DNA from: Lama guanicoe
Taxonomy: Eukaryota
Assembly: GCA_013239625.1 (NCBI GenBank)
Contig: MU054323.1
Span: 20,667,082 to 20,731,081, forward strand
Direction: 5' to 3'
DNA length: 64,000 bases
Position 1 is the stretch's first letter. Each line of letters starts with the position of its first letter. A program made the position numbers and the translations under genes. The notes under the pieces are model-generated. The model saw only the letters and a program-made list of their open reading frames with translations, was not told where the DNA came from and did no database searches. Shown piece by piece: positions 1 to 12,140 of the stretch.

Positions 1-267
1 TTCTGTTCTCCACCTTCAGGTGCCTTATCCTTTTCTTTCTTCTGTGAAGTCATGCTCCCTCTAACCACAGGGCCTTTGCACCAGCTGTTCCTGTTACTTA
101 GAAATCTGCTTAACTGCTCCTTTGCCTTATTAAGTATTTCTTACCCTTTGTCTTTCTTACTTCTTTAAGGGCTTCCAGAACCCTAAGTGAGGTCAGTTCC
201 CCTGACAGAGGTTCCCTTAGTGCCCTGTCCTTCCCTTTTGTGGAAGGGATTTCAGCTTGTGGATATA

Positions 268-750
268 CTTTTTTTTTTTCAATTAAGAGATTATTCACCT
301 ACAATAAAATTTCCCACATTAAAGTATCCAAATGTACACATTTCAGTTTATTCACAAGGTTGTGCAACCATCACTGCTAATTCTAGAATATTTTCATCAA
401 CCCCCCGCAGAGAAACACTGTGTCTATCAGCAGTCATTCCCTGTTCATTTTCCAGCCCCTGGTAACTACTAATCTATTTTTTGTCTTTATGGATTTGCCT
501 ATTTTGGACATTTCATATAAGTGGAATCATACAACATGTGGTCTTTTGTGTCTGGCCTCTTTCACTTTTAATGTTTTCAAGGCTCATCCATGTTGTAGCG
601 TGTGTCAGTACTTCATTCCTCTCTGTGATGAAATACGATCCCGTTGTGTGGGTGTACCACCTTTTGTTGATTTATTCATCTGTTGATGCGCATGTGGGTT
701 GTTTCCACTTTTTGGCTATTGTGAACAAGTGTGCACATGTTTTTATGTGG
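268..750 (-). mobile_element. Old L1 (L1M-type) 3' fragment
   Basis: Typical antisense L1 3'UTR text (ggacatttcatataagtggaatcatacaa, tttccactttttggctattgtgaa) preceded by a T tract. Confidence 0.85.
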
Positions 751-814
751 CCATCGTGGAGCATGCATCATCATGTAGCAGAAACAGACGTTAGTAAAAC
801 CGTTCTAAAAAACC

Positions 815-1125
815 AATGTATCACATTGGAAAACAGTACAGCAGCTCCTCAAAAAGTTAAACATAGAGTTATCATATGATCCAGCAATGCCCCTTGTAGG
901 TATATAACCCAAAGAACTGAAAACATATGTTCACACAAAACTTGTACACCGGTGTTCACAGCAGTGTGGTTCAACAACAGCCAAAAGGTGGAAACAACTC
1001 AAACGTTCAACTGGTGAATAAAAACCAAAAGACAGTACGTCCATAGCGTGGAATATTATCCTGTCATACAAAGGAATGAAGTCTGATTCATGCTGCAACA
1101 TGAATGAAACTTGAAAACATGTACA
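815..1125 (+). mobile_element. Old L1 (L1M-type) 3' fragment
   Basis: ctcaaaaagttaaacatagagttatcatatgatccagcaat...aaaggtggaaacaactcaaa. Confidence 0.85.
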
Positions 1126-2469
1126 CTCCATGAAGGCAGGGGTGACATCTGTCAGGTCACCTCTGTTACCACAGTGCCGGCGTGTACCAGATAATCAAGG
1201 ACTACCTGTGGGATGAACAAAAGGTCTCGGCAGGAGTCCCCACATCCCACCCTCAGACGTCAGCACAGAATCCCAGGGCAGTGGAGGGGAGCCTGCCAGC
1301 ACATCTGACTCACACCAGCCGTGGCCCTCAGCTATATATGCCTCTTGCCCTGCGGCATCTAGGATTTCCATCTTCACAATGTGTCGCCTCGGGAGTCCAG
1401 ACATCCTGTAGGTCCTGCAACATTGGCCTGTCTGGACCTGAAGCTTCAGCAGTAGCCAGGCCAGGGAGCGACAGCCAGGTAGTCCAAGATCAACTCCGAC
1501 GTGCCTCAGCCACGTTCCTCTCCCCTGAAGTCCACTCCTTCTCCACTTGGGCATGCAGGGGAACAAACAGCAGGTCGCCAAGGACGCCGCAGCCCCTTCT
1601 CCAGTGGTACAGGGCCCAGAGATGCTCCCGCAAGCAGCCTCTCACTCCAGTCACTACATGTGGGCGGTGGGATTTGGAAAGACCAAGGCCTGGGTCTCCC
1701 CTCCCCGTAAAACCAGCACCTGGACCAGTAGGGGGGTCACAGGCCACTCCACAGCCTGGCCCAGCCTCCTGCGGAGGGGTCAGTGGGAATTCTGTGTTTC
1801 ATCAAATATTGCTGGGCCACAGAGTTGTATTTGAAAATAATTTTAATTAGCCGGAAACTAGGAGTTCAATAAATGGAAAACAGAGAAATTTCCAAGGCCA
1901 CAGCTGGGAAACACTCACTTTTTTAAAAATTCCGCCTGGCTTCCCAGGCCAGCTAAACACCCTGACACAAGGGCCCGACTGCCAGAGGAATCCACAAGGA
2001 AAACAAAGCTTATTTTTAGAGAAATATTTTAAACTCAGTTTCAGCGAGCTCAGGAGTTTTCTCGTCTGTCTAAAATCCTTAATATCTTTCCTTCTATTTC
2101 AGAGCTGCCTCTCACCCCAGAGGGCACAAGAACTCCTATCTGACAAGAGCTATTTCTGCAACAGATGAAAATAAAAGGGCCCCTCCCCCTCCAACTAGAG
2201 AATTGTTTCTAAATATGTCCCTGCAGTAAGGCCCAGGAGGCCTGTCCTTGGCAGGTGTGACCAGCAATGAAGTGGGTCTGGGGTCCCTGCAGGCCTGAAG
2301 GCCTGTCTGCCACCCTCCCACTCAGCCCTGTTCTACCCACTGCCCTGCAGGAAGTGGGTGACAGCCTGGCCGCCATTTCCGGGTTTTGAAAACAGTTTTT
2401 AACTTGAAAGAGGCCTGCTAAAAAGGACTGCATTTCCTGCGAAGGTGTTGTTAACACTCTGTCCCGACC

Positions 2470-3325
2470 GAGACACCCCTCCATACACACGGAGACATCC
2501 AGACCCACACGTGTAGCAACACCTTCAGAGCCCTCATCCCACAGACCCACACACCTCCCCCCATGGCAGCAGCTCACAGACACCCCTGACCACAGCAACA
2601 GGCGCACCCAAACCCACCCTCACACGGGTACACACACACAGAGCAACAGACACACTGAAACCTACACCCATACACAGATACACACATACAGAGCAACAGG
2701 CACACTCGCGCAGACACACAGCGACAGGGACAGGCAAAGGCACCCCGTACTCACACAGACACACGCACCAATGCACACACACAGAATGGCAGCTTCAAGC
2801 CCACACTCACACTTACACACAGATCCACACACACATACCTATACGCCTACACAGAGCAACAGACACACCCAACCCACACCCATATCCAGATACACACTGA
2901 CACACCTACACACACACACACAGCAACAGACACCTTCAAAACCATACCCACACTCACACGCAGCAAGACACACCCAAACCCATAACCACACTCACACATA
3001 GATTCCCAACATACCTACACACACACTGAACAACATACACACCCACACTCACACAGATTTCCATGCCCACCCACCGACTCTCACACCTATAGACATACAT
3101 ACCCATCACCCCCACACCAACAGCCACACAGATCCACACACCCCACAGAGGCAGCCCCACACACAGACACAGACCCCTGACACAGAGTAATGCCATGCAT
3201 GTGTGCACACCCACCCTGACAGACAAGGCCACAGGTCCGCACACATGTACACCCTCCATGTGGACACACTCCAACCGACCTCCCTCCACACACAGACACA
3301 CCCTTAGACACACAAACACACTCAT
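2470..3325. repeat. CA-rich degenerate low-complexity tract (about 850 bp)
   Basis: Interrupted (CA)n with recurring cacagagcaacagacac-like modules; source of the H/T-rich and V/C-rich junk ORFs. Confidence 0.9.
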
Positions 3326-6049
3326 AAACTTTCCAGGTCTAGCATAAACTGTCAGGAGAGGTTGGGAGAACCCACCTAGGCAGGGGTGGGCCTGGAGTTG
3401 CTGTGGTTTCCTGCTGCCTGAGGGGTCCCCCTTTCCGCAGGGCTCCTCTTGGCCAGGCCTGTCCAGCCGCCAGGCCGTGGCTCCCTCCCCAGCCCTCCTT
3501 CCTTTCCTCCCTTCCTCCTTGGCCTTGCCAGCCGCACAAGGAGAAACTAGAAATGTCGGGGATAGCCACAGGTCTGCACATCTCCTAGAGAGTGAATGAG
3601 AGAAAAGAAACACAATTAAATGAGGTGACAACAATGGGACCCTGATGGAAGGCTGGCCTGGCTCAGCCTCCGGGCTCGGCTTCCAGGGGCCACATTGGCT
3701 CCCACTAACTCACAAGGCCAGGGAAGACGCCGAGACCAAACTTCTGCTTTCAAGATGTGGCCAGAGTCACTTCTGCCCTCACTCTTGTCACCACAAGCAT
3801 GACTAGAGGACAGCAAATGTCTGGCCATGGTTCCTTTCCAGGTTCAAATGCTCTCTAGTGGTCCTCCTCCCTGAATCCATCTAGCCTGAGGGTTTTCTGA
3901 GACCCCTGAGGCATATTTTACCACTGAGCATCCCAGTGCTGGCCAGACCTGCAGCCAAGAGCTATGTCTGTTTGTCCTTCCCACTTTGGGCCTTCCAGGC
4001 CTGGCCCTTTCATCAGGGTTCCTGAGCTGCTGCAGGGCTCACCATCCTCCATCTACTCCCAAGGGCGAGTGCTGAGCTTTGGCCTTTTCAGTAATTGTGT
4101 GTGTGTTTCCTTTTACGGCTCAGCAGTAGATTCAGACAGAGTGAGGGGTGGAAAACACGTGCATGCATGCATCCCCACTTGGAAACAATTTAGAAGGTGG
4201 CACACACTAATTGGGCTGCTGAAAAAAAATGCCTTAGTTTTCAAAGAGCCAGTGGAAAATGCTACCATTAGGACTTTCTAAACACCGTCACATTCTGGGC
4301 TCATTTTCACAACTAACTACCAAAGAATTTTTATCTTGAGTATAATGCAGGAGTCAGTTTTAGTTCCACTCCCCAGCCCATGAGAGGAATCCTGGCTTGT
4401 CCTTACATGCAATTTTTACTTCTAGTTCCCTTAATTTACAAGAAAACTTTCCTAAGGGTGATCAAGCAATCGTAGAGCATTTTGTGGGCTGTTAATTCCA
4501 GCTGCTGCAGAAAGACAATGACCTACATACCCTCCATTGATCTGCGGCAAGAGGAAATTTCTGAATGATTCCCCCCAGCTTGCCACGCTCCACTGGGTCT
4601 AAAACACAAAACATCAGATCCTAGCAGTTAGGCTTTCAAACAAACCAATTTTCAAAAATGAATGTGGCTTACCCTAAAGAGAAGTCTAACATTCCAGCTG
4701 ATCAAAAATACTTGTTTAGAAAAATCAGCTTGGGAATGTCGTGGAAACAAGGCCTTCAAAATGCAGTTTGGCCTAAATAACACCACATTTTAGACTTTTC
4801 CTCGCCATTGCACATTTTTTATGGTGAAGAGGTCAGGGAGCCTGCGAGGTCCTTGCCGGCCAAAATCCTCCTTGGCTTCAGGCTTCCCCTCCCCCACAGA
4901 TGAGGCCCTCAGCCAGCGGCCCGGCATCTGCGAGAACTTTGAAACTGCTCCCCATCCCCTTTGGCAGCGTGCGCCCAGCACCAAAACGCTCCAGTTAGCA
5001 CCAGCGCAATCATCGTTAACGTGAAACAGCTGCCCGAGGCCTGGCGGGCTCCACCAACGGCCCCCACCCCGCCCGGCTAAGCTGGGAGACCCAGGAGACC
5101 CTGGCTCACACAGGGCTGAGAGAGGATGCGAGCCTGGGTGAGAGAGCCCAGCTGTTGTAGATAAGGAAACAAACTTTGGCTAAATCTCTTACCTACTCTG
5201 GAAAAAGTGAGCTCCGTGTGCGTGTCTGTGTGTGTGGTGGTGGGGGAGGGAATGGCGAAGGAAAAACAGGAATTCATTTATGAACCAGACTTTTCAGTTT
5301 TCAAGTGATTGGTAGTTAAGACCCGTACTAAGGCTTTGTTCGACTGTGTGAGAATCAGCAGACAGATTGGTGTTTTTCTTCCTTTTTCCAGAGACCTGGG
5401 TTGAATTTGCTTTCTCAAGCACAGACACTTAATCCTTTTGCATAAATAACGTGTGTGCTCACTCCCAGAGGAAGCTGTCCGTGTAAACAAACACTACCCA
5501 GATATAAGTTTAACCTGTTTAATCTTCCTTTTCTTTCCCTCCTCTGTGGACCAGGACACAACCTAGGCTTTCCAAAGTCCAGGAAAAATCCTGGTTCTCC
5601 GGCCCGCCCACCCCTAGTTCAGCCACGGGCTGGCAAGGCCCTCCTCCCGCAGGCAGCTCTGTTCCTGGGGCGTCCCAGCAGGAGAGAAAAAAAAAATCAG
5701 TTCTTCAGCTGCCACTGGAGACACGTGATCCTCTTGGTGACTCACAGACGGGCCACACCCCTTCAGGCCTCCCAGCCAGGCCCTGCCACCAGCCAGTCAG
5801 CCAACTGGGATGAATCTTATTACCAAGGGAAAGAGCTAACTAATGCCCTTGACAGTCCAAATTACTTTCTTCCAGCTAGAAGAACATGCTACAAAACATA
5901 CAGGGGGGCAGGCTCTTCTGAACCCTGGCTCTGCCAGCTCTAAACCCTAGCCCCCAACCCAACCCCTCTCAAGACCCCAACGCCTGCAAAGTGGTAGGAA
6001 GCTAGAAAGCTAGATATTCCTGTTTTTTTAAAAAAGCTATCTTACCACA

Positions 6050-8000
6050 TTAATACCTTTCCCAAAAATTTTATTGGGGGAAAACTACAAAACATTTACA
6101 GTACAATGTTTACAGTCACAATCTGTAGTGAACTGATTCCCCAAAATATATTACAACTCAAGATGACTTATCTTGTTACATTCAAATACCTACTTCTGTC
6201 AAAGTAGTCCAGAGTACATACATAACATAGTGCTCCAACTGTACCTACGTACAAACTACAACTACTGCTCATTCATCCGCTGTCCAGGAAAGCATTCCTG
6301 CTTTTCTACAAGGAAAAAAAAATAGTACAAGTTTTGGAATTTTTTGTAATTAAACAAGGCATATTCATGTACTACATACCATTTTAGCACTAAGAGGTGG
6401 CCTCTTCACTTTATATCTATATAAAAAAAAGTGGTAAAAATCTTTTCCTTTTGTGCAGTTGAACCCATCCTACATTCAAATTCTCTCAAGCACTAATAGA
6501 TGAAAATACTTATTTGGTTGAGGAAGATTTAAGGCAAGTTCTGGCCCTTCCAAAGGCACTGTAAGACTAACCCCCCTCCCCCCCAATTATTGCTACATGT
6601 CTTTATACGCAGTTATGTCACAGTAGAACTGGTGGAATAAGCAAGCAAAAAACTTTTTTGCTAATTTATAAAGTTGGAATGAGAAAAGTATGCCACATTT
6701 AAGCCTGATCACAAAGTATGTGGTCACTTTTTTTCTTTAAAGTTGGATGGGCTACAACCATTATACATTCTAAAACTCGTAAGATATTCCTCAAACTACT
6801 TCCACAGCATCAAGATAGATTTCTGTAAAGAAATCATGCAATCTTTCAAAATTTACGTAAACAAGGAAAGAAATTAATGAAATAAATATTACATACAATC
6901 TCTTAAATTAAGATTTTTTTTTACTCATTTACAATAAAATAACGAAGTGAAGTTACAAAAGGCATATATTACTGTGAAAAGAACATACACTCCATTTTGC
7001 CGATTAATAATGGCAATCATAATTTAACATAATAAAAGAATATATATCTATTGCTTTTCATCATACTTGATAAATACAGTATGAACAAAATTTTCAATGT
7101 ATACTTTTCACAAGATAATAAATAAGTTAAATAGTTTTTTCATATTGAGTTGTGGTGCAGTGGTGCGAATCAACTCAAAACAGCTAAAAATTCAGCAGTT
7201 ATTCCCCAACAATTACAAACTAATCTCTGCCCAAGGCTTCCAGAAAGAGCAGACAAAATGGTTCTAAATTAAACATCCACTATGTGGTGACAATGAAACC
7301 AGTAACCTGTATGAAACTTTGGAATGCAAGTTTTTTTTTCCTAAACCATATATAATTTTGCTAAAAAAACAAAACACCTATAGAGCTGAGGGCTACTATT
7401 AAGGCATATTCTCGGCACAATACTGGGTTCTAAAAGCTTATAGGTTTAGCAAAGTGGTGGCTGGCTGGTTTGTTTACACTGGTCTGAGGCAAACAATTAG
7501 GAACTTCTCTCACGATAAGAGTCCCCACATCTGGACTGTAACTAATGCTTTTCAAGTGAAGATATGGAATGGTGGTTGGTAGCTGCTGGTGCTGGGTTGA
7601 TTTTTCCTAAAGTCTCAAACTCATCGGAGACTTTAAAAAGTTTTAAGTGTTTGGTTTTTGTTCTATTCGCATCACAACTGCCCTGTTGTGAATATTTTGT
7701 TCATCAACGCAAAAAGTTCGCTGGCTGCTTTTTTTTGCTCAACATGAATGAAACTTCGTAATAATAATAAAAATAATAATAATAAAAAAAAAACAAGAGG
7801 AAACCGAAAGGGGAGGGGTGGGGGCCCCTCCCAGCACACAAGTTCGAGTCCAAGTGCTCGGTACGGCCTGCAGTCTGCTCGTGGCCTGTCACCCCTCACA
7901 GTCCCGTGCCCCTTAGCCCCTAGCAGGGGCGATAACGGCGGGGGAGCCCTCCAACACCCCTGAACGGCTTTCCTTTTCTCCTCACTGGCGCCCTCTTGCC
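6050..8000 (-). other. ZFP36L2: ZFP36L2 3'UTR, AU-rich, about 1.95 kb
   Basis: AT-rich stretch with no recognisable interspersed repeats, running from the stop codon to AATAAA at 6070-6075. ARE nonamer TTATTTATT at 7117-7125 and TATTTATT at 6881-6888. Confidence 0.85.
6070..6075 (-). terminator. Poly(A) signal AATAAA of ZFP36L2
   Basis: tttatt on the plus strand at the end of the AT-rich UTR; a T-rich tract lies about 35 nt downstream on the minus strand. Confidence 0.8.
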
Positions 8001-9434
8001 TCAATCGTCGGAGATGGAAAGGCGGCTGAAGATGGGCAGGCGGCGGCCGGGGTCAAGGCTGGGGGACTCGGAGCCGCTGAGGCTGCCCGAGCTCAGGGAG
8101 CCGCTCAAGTAGCTGTCGCGGTCCGACAGCGAGTCCGGGGGACTGGGAGGCGCATCGAACACCGGCGACTCGGACAAGCGGCGCGGCAGCTGGAAGCTGA
8201 AGGGCGGCGAGGGTGGCGCGGTGGCGCTGACAGGGAGGGGCGTGCTGGGCGGCGCCGGGGGCTGCGCAGGGGGCACCAGGCCCTGCTGCTGCTGCTGCTG
8301 CTGCTGGCTGCGATAGTAGGCGGCGGCGGCCACAGCAGCGAAGTTGTGGGTCTGGATGGCGAGCGGCGTGATGAGGCTGCTCAGCTCCGGGCCGAAGGCG
8401 AAGGCATTATTGGCGCAGGAGGCCGACGAGCAGGTGGCGCAGGGCGCGCCGGGCGCGAGCAGGTCCTCGGCGCCCCCGGTGCCGTAGAGTAAGGCGGCTG
8501 CAGCCGCTGCCGCCGCAGAGGCACAGCACGTCGGGGCGCCCGAGGGCGTGGAGGCCGCCGAGGCCGACGAGCAGGACGAAGCGGACGAGGAACAGGAGGA
8601 GGCCGAGGAGCAGGAGGGCGGCGGCGGCGTGCGAGACGTGGGGCTGTCGAGCAGCAGGGGCGACTCCAGGCCCCCGGGAGGCTGGTGGTGGCCCGACGGG
8701 AAGCCCGAGAAGCTAAGGCTGTGATGCAGCTTGGGCCTCGGCTCCCGCGGGAAGCCCAGGTGCAGCGCGTCGCGGGCGCTGAAGGCGCGCAGGTCCCCGG
8801 AGGCGCCCCCAGACGGTGCAGGCCGCCGCTCATCGGCGTTGTGGATGAAGTGGCAGCGCGGCCCGTAGGGGCAGAAGCCGATGGTGTGGAAGGTGCGGCA
8901 CAGCTCGGTCTTGTACTTCGGGTGCCGCGTCAGACTGCGCAGCTCGTGGAAGCCGTGCGCGAACTGGCATTTCTCGCCGTACTTGCACGTGCCGCTCTCC
9001 TCAAAGGGCCGGCACAGCTCAGTTTTGTAGCGCGTTGAGTTGATCTGGGAGCCGCCGCCCCCCTTCTGCTGCTGCAGGTGCAGGAGGTGCTGGCTGCGCT
9101 CGCCGTTCTCGCTGAACGAGCGGTCCCGGAATTTGTTTTCCTTGTTCAGTAAGGACGTGCCACCGCCCCCCGACGGCTCCTTAAGGGTGCCGTAGGAGGT
9201 CGGGCCGCCTGTCGCCGCGCTGCCGCAGCTGCTGCCGTTAGCCGCACCCGGGAACTTGGGCGAGCAGCTGCCGGGGCTAGGCGCGGGGTGGGCGAGCGCG
9301 TGCAGGTTGCTGGCCGAGTGCCGTCGGAGGAAGCCCGGCGTGAAGCCCGAGCTGGGGGCAGCGGCCACGGGCGTCCCCACAGCCTTCTTGTCCAGCATGT
9401 TGTTCAGATTGAGGTTGGCCAGTGATTTCTCCGT
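8001..9434 (-). CDS. ZFP36L2: ZFP36L2 coding exon 2 (mRNA decay activator TIS11d/BRF2); 494 aa in total with exon 1
   Basis: Acceptor tttttggcag|ACG GAG AAA at 9434. Encodes RYKTELC-x8-C-x5-C-x3-H and KYKTELC tandem zinc fingers, a polyQ tract and the C-terminal CNOT1-binding motif [17 protein letters not shown] stop at 8001-8003. Confidence 0.98.
   Translation of the reverse strand, partial: TEKSLANLNLNNMLDKKAVGTPVAAAPSSGFTPGFLRRHSASNLHALAHPAPSPGSCSPKFPGAANGSSCGSAATGGPTSYGTLKEPSGGGGTSLLNKENKFRDRSFSENGERSQHLLHLQQQKGGGGSQINSTRYKTELCRPFEESGTCKYGEKCQFAHGFHELRSLTRHPKYKTELCRTFHTIGFCPYGPRCHFIHNADERRPAPSGGASGDLRAFSARDALHLGFPREPRPKLHHSLSFSGFPSGHHQPPGGLESPLLLDSPTSRTPPPPSCSSASSCSSSASSCSSASAASTPSGAPTCCASAAAAAAAALLYGTGGAEDLLAPGAPCATCSSASCANNAFAFGPELSSLITPLAIQTHNFAAVAAAAYYRSQQQQQQQQGLVPPAQPPAPPSTPLPVSATAPPSPPFSFQLPRRLSESPVFDAPPSPPDSLSDRDSYLSGSLSSGSLSGSESPSLDPGRRLPIFSRLSISDD
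8283..8306 (-). repeat. (CAG)8 coding repeat (polyQ of ZFP36L2)
   Basis: Eight uninterrupted ctg units on the plus strand; translates as [11 protein letters not shown]. Confidence 0.95.
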
Positions 9435-9963
9435 CTGCCAAAAAGGGGGGGGAGCGGGGAAGGGATGAAAAATGGAAAACGGAGGGAAGAGTTCGGGCGA
9501 GTTGCAGAGTAACAACTTCCAGGTCTCCGATTCTTTCTTCCTTTTTTCAGATTTCCACTCAGTCCCCAACCTCCACCCTTACACGCGCTCAAGAATCAAG
9601 TTCTCGCTGGGAGGAGCCCGACTCTCCCACCCTACGCCTCTCTGGGCCGCGCTGGGTTGCGACATGTGATCTTCAGCCGAGGGCCGCCGGCCTGGGCGGC
9701 GCAAGCCCAGTCCGGGAAGCCCCGGGCAGCGTGGCTGTGGTCGGCTGCGGAGAAACTAAACAGCTACAGCGACTCCCTTCTGCTCCCTTCTCCTTCTCCC
9801 CGCCCACAAGGCACGAGCACACATTGCTAACTCCGGGGTTTTTCCCTTGCCCAAAAAGTCAAGGTGGGGAGAGGACCCCGCCAAAGTCGAGGACCTAAGG
9901 CCAAATCTGAAAACTTGGGCTTCCTGCTTGCCCACTCTCCTCCCTCCCTGGTCCCCCGCGTAC
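9435..9963 (-). other. ZFP36L2: Single intron of ZFP36L2 (529 bp)
   Basis: GT..AG boundaries; splicing joins K17 to T18 in frame. Confidence 0.95.
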
Positions 9964-10014
9964 CTTGCACAAGAAGTCGATATCGTAGAAGGCGGACAGA
10001 AGTGTGGTCGACAT
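9964..10014 (-). CDS. ZFP36L2: ZFP36L2 coding exon 1 (MSTTLLSAFYDIDFLCK, 17 codons)
   Basis: Minus strand reads ATG TCG ACC ACA CTT CTG TCC GCC TTC TAC GAT ATC GAC TTC TTG TGC AAG followed by a gta donor at 9963. Matches the known TIS11d N-terminus; phase 0. Confidence 0.97.
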
Positions 10015-10299
10015 GTTTCTGGATCTTGTAATGGTTAGAGCTGCAGGCTGGGAGGTCCGGAGGAGCCCTTGGGGCGGCGCGGCCGGGCTCGAGCCACGAC
10101 GAATAACGGGCGAGGGGCGGGAGAGGGACCGAAAGTTAGCTGGGGGGCGAGAAAAGAGGGAGAGGGGACAGCAGCGTGGACTGGTTTGAGGATGCCCGGG
10201 AGTGCGGAGTGGGGGGAAAAGAAAGAAGCTAGAGCGCTCCTCCGCGCCCCGGGGTGCCCGGCCCGCCCCCCCGCGCGGAGCCGACGGCAGCTCGCGGAC

Positions 10300-10640
10300 T
10301 GCTGGAACTCAGCGGCCAACGAGCGCGCGCCCTATATAAGCCCCGAAGCGCGGCAGCGGCTGGGCGGGCGTGCCGGGGGAGGGGACAGAACGCTGACCCT
10401 GCCGGGGTCTCCAGGCAACGCCGCCCGCCGACTCGCGGACGTCAGGCGCCTTTCTAGCCTCCCATTGGCCGCCGCCAATTTTTTTTCCTCGGGGGGAGGG
10501 GGCGGAGAGGCCTCGGGGCGGGGCCGGCCGCCTGGGAGTCCGGGGCGGCGTGGAGAACTCGGCCCAGATGGGTGCTGCTGGGTGGCGGCGGGAAGATACC
10601 GCTCCCCACCTCAGGGGCTGCTCTATTGGAAATCCCCAGC
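10300..10640 (-). promoter_or_regulatory. ZFP36L2 proximal promoter
   Basis: TATATA at 10333-10338, CRE-like TGACGTCC at 10437-10444, CCAAT boxes at 10464-10468 (-) and 10475-10479 (+), GC box GGGGCGGGG at 10515-10523 and NF-kB site GGGGATTTCC at 10628-10637. TSS inferred near 10305. Confidence 0.8.
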
Positions 10641-11969
10641 ACATTTAACGTGGCAGGGTTCTGCAGTCCTGGACGTGTCTTTCCCCGCCCGATCCTGCTA
10701 GGCGAAATTGCGGAGCTTTTATCTCCCACCCTCGGTTTTATACTGGGCGCGGGAATTGCAAAATGCAAGAATATTGCAACCGTCCGCTTGGCCCGGCTGG
10801 TTTGCAAAGGTGCCCCGGCCGTGGGGTACGGGGGTTCTGGGCCTGAGTCTGATGGGTGGTGTCCTTAACCCGACTGCACGTGGAGACGCGGTGGGGGTGG
10901 GGGCGAGAGCGGCCACGAGGGCGACTGCCCCGGCAGTCTCGCCCGGAGGAGCCTGGGCCCGTTTCTCCGCCCCTCTTCCCGCCCAGGCTGCAGTAAACAG
11001 GGCTTGAGCGCCGAGGCCTGCCGGGCAGGGCTGAGTGTCTGAGGACAAGGCGCTGGCTTTGCTAATCACATCACAAGACCTTGAGCCAGGGCCAAAGGCA
11101 CAGAGTGGCGCGGGGCGTCCCGGGCGGGGGAGCCGGCTGGGTGGATGGGAGGAAAGGCTGGGAGAGCCGCGCAGGCATGGAGGCCGCTTCCCGCCGCCTT
11201 GTCCGTCTGCTGGTCGGTCCGGCCCTACCCAGCCTTCCCGGGGGTTGTGGTACAGCTGCCAGCCAAGGCTCCCCGCCAGCCGCAGCCTTAGCCTGGCACG
11301 CCCTCCTAGCCCCTTCCTTCCCCGGTTGTTGCGGGCGGCAAGCCTCGCCTCGTTGTGGGCTGCGGGCTCCGGCTGAGGCCGAACAGCAGCCAGGCAGGGC
11401 TGGGCACCGAGGATGCGCCTGGTGGGCTCGCCCCGGTTTTCTTCTCTCGCCAGTCCCACACCCCAAAGCCCGTTTTGGGAAATGTTCTTTGCCAGCGGGC
11501 GCCCTCCGGGTATGGGGCAGACACCTCACTCTGCTAGCGCCCAGTGAGGCTAAAGCCGCTGTCAGCCCCACCCGGGCAGATCTGGAGTCTGGTCCAGGAT
11601 ACTTCTCACCCCGCGTCTACACATACACTGCCAAAAAGCTGGAGCCGGGCCCATGATTCTGCACACCTGGCAGCCTAGGCTGTAATCAGGCCTAAGTTGG
11701 AAGGTCTAGTACCTGACAGCGAAAGCAGCAACCACGATCTACACCCCCTTACAAAGTTGATCTTACTGCTGGCCGTGTTTCTTTGTGCTCACTTCCATTC
11801 GGCTGCGCTCATTCCCGCTCTCAGTTAACCTGGGAATGGGAATGAACCAGGCCTGTCACTCAGGAAGCCGACTCCTTACAGTTCAGCTTGCATTGCAGAA
11901 TCCACTGCTGTACTCTCCGCACACCCACCCAGAGAGCTAGAGTTGGGAAGGGCTGCAGGGACTTTAGGA

Positions 11970-12140
11970 TCAGAAACAGGGCTGGAGTTCATGCCCTGTC
12001 CCTTATAAGCCATGTCATTTTAGGCAAGTCACAATCACTTTGGCACCTGGGTTTCCTTGTAAAAACTAAGATAATTCTTGCTTTACTTATCTCTCACCTT
12101 TGTCAAGGCTCAGATGAGTTATTTGTTAAGGTGTTGAAAA
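11970..12140 (+). mobile_element. MIR SINE
   Basis: Core-like text ttaggcaagtcacaatcac...tttccttgtaaaa...gataat. Confidence 0.65.

Larger units (their letters stand above)
7850..11600. promoter_or_regulatory. CpG island covering the ZFP36L2 CDS, intron and promoter
   Basis: Visibly very high GC and CpG density compared with the CpG-poor flanks; edges estimated by eye. Confidence 0.9.

Noticed and set aside
1182..1850. 222-aa ORF, and similar 210-216 aa ORFs at 41844-42476 and 48168-48818
   Set aside because: No recognisable homology, splice architecture or promoter context; consistent with chance ORFs in moderately GC-rich DNA.
2209..3634. V/C-rich and H/T-rich ORFs
   Set aside because: They are translations of the CA/TG low-complexity tract.
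7983..8003. CTCF-like GCAAGAGGGCGC at the ZFP36L2 stop codon
   Set aside because: It lacks the 5' CC of the core motif and is likely chance in GC-rich sequence.
9435..9569. 45-codon N-terminal extension in the 522-aa ORF call
   Set aside because: It starts at TTG inside the intron. The real N-terminus comes from exon 1 through canonical splice sites.
8381..11656. Many overlapping 60-250 aa ORFs on both strands in the CpG island
   Set aside because: Stop-codon scarcity in GC-rich DNA explains them; they are low-complexity R/P/G/A peptides with no recognisable domains.
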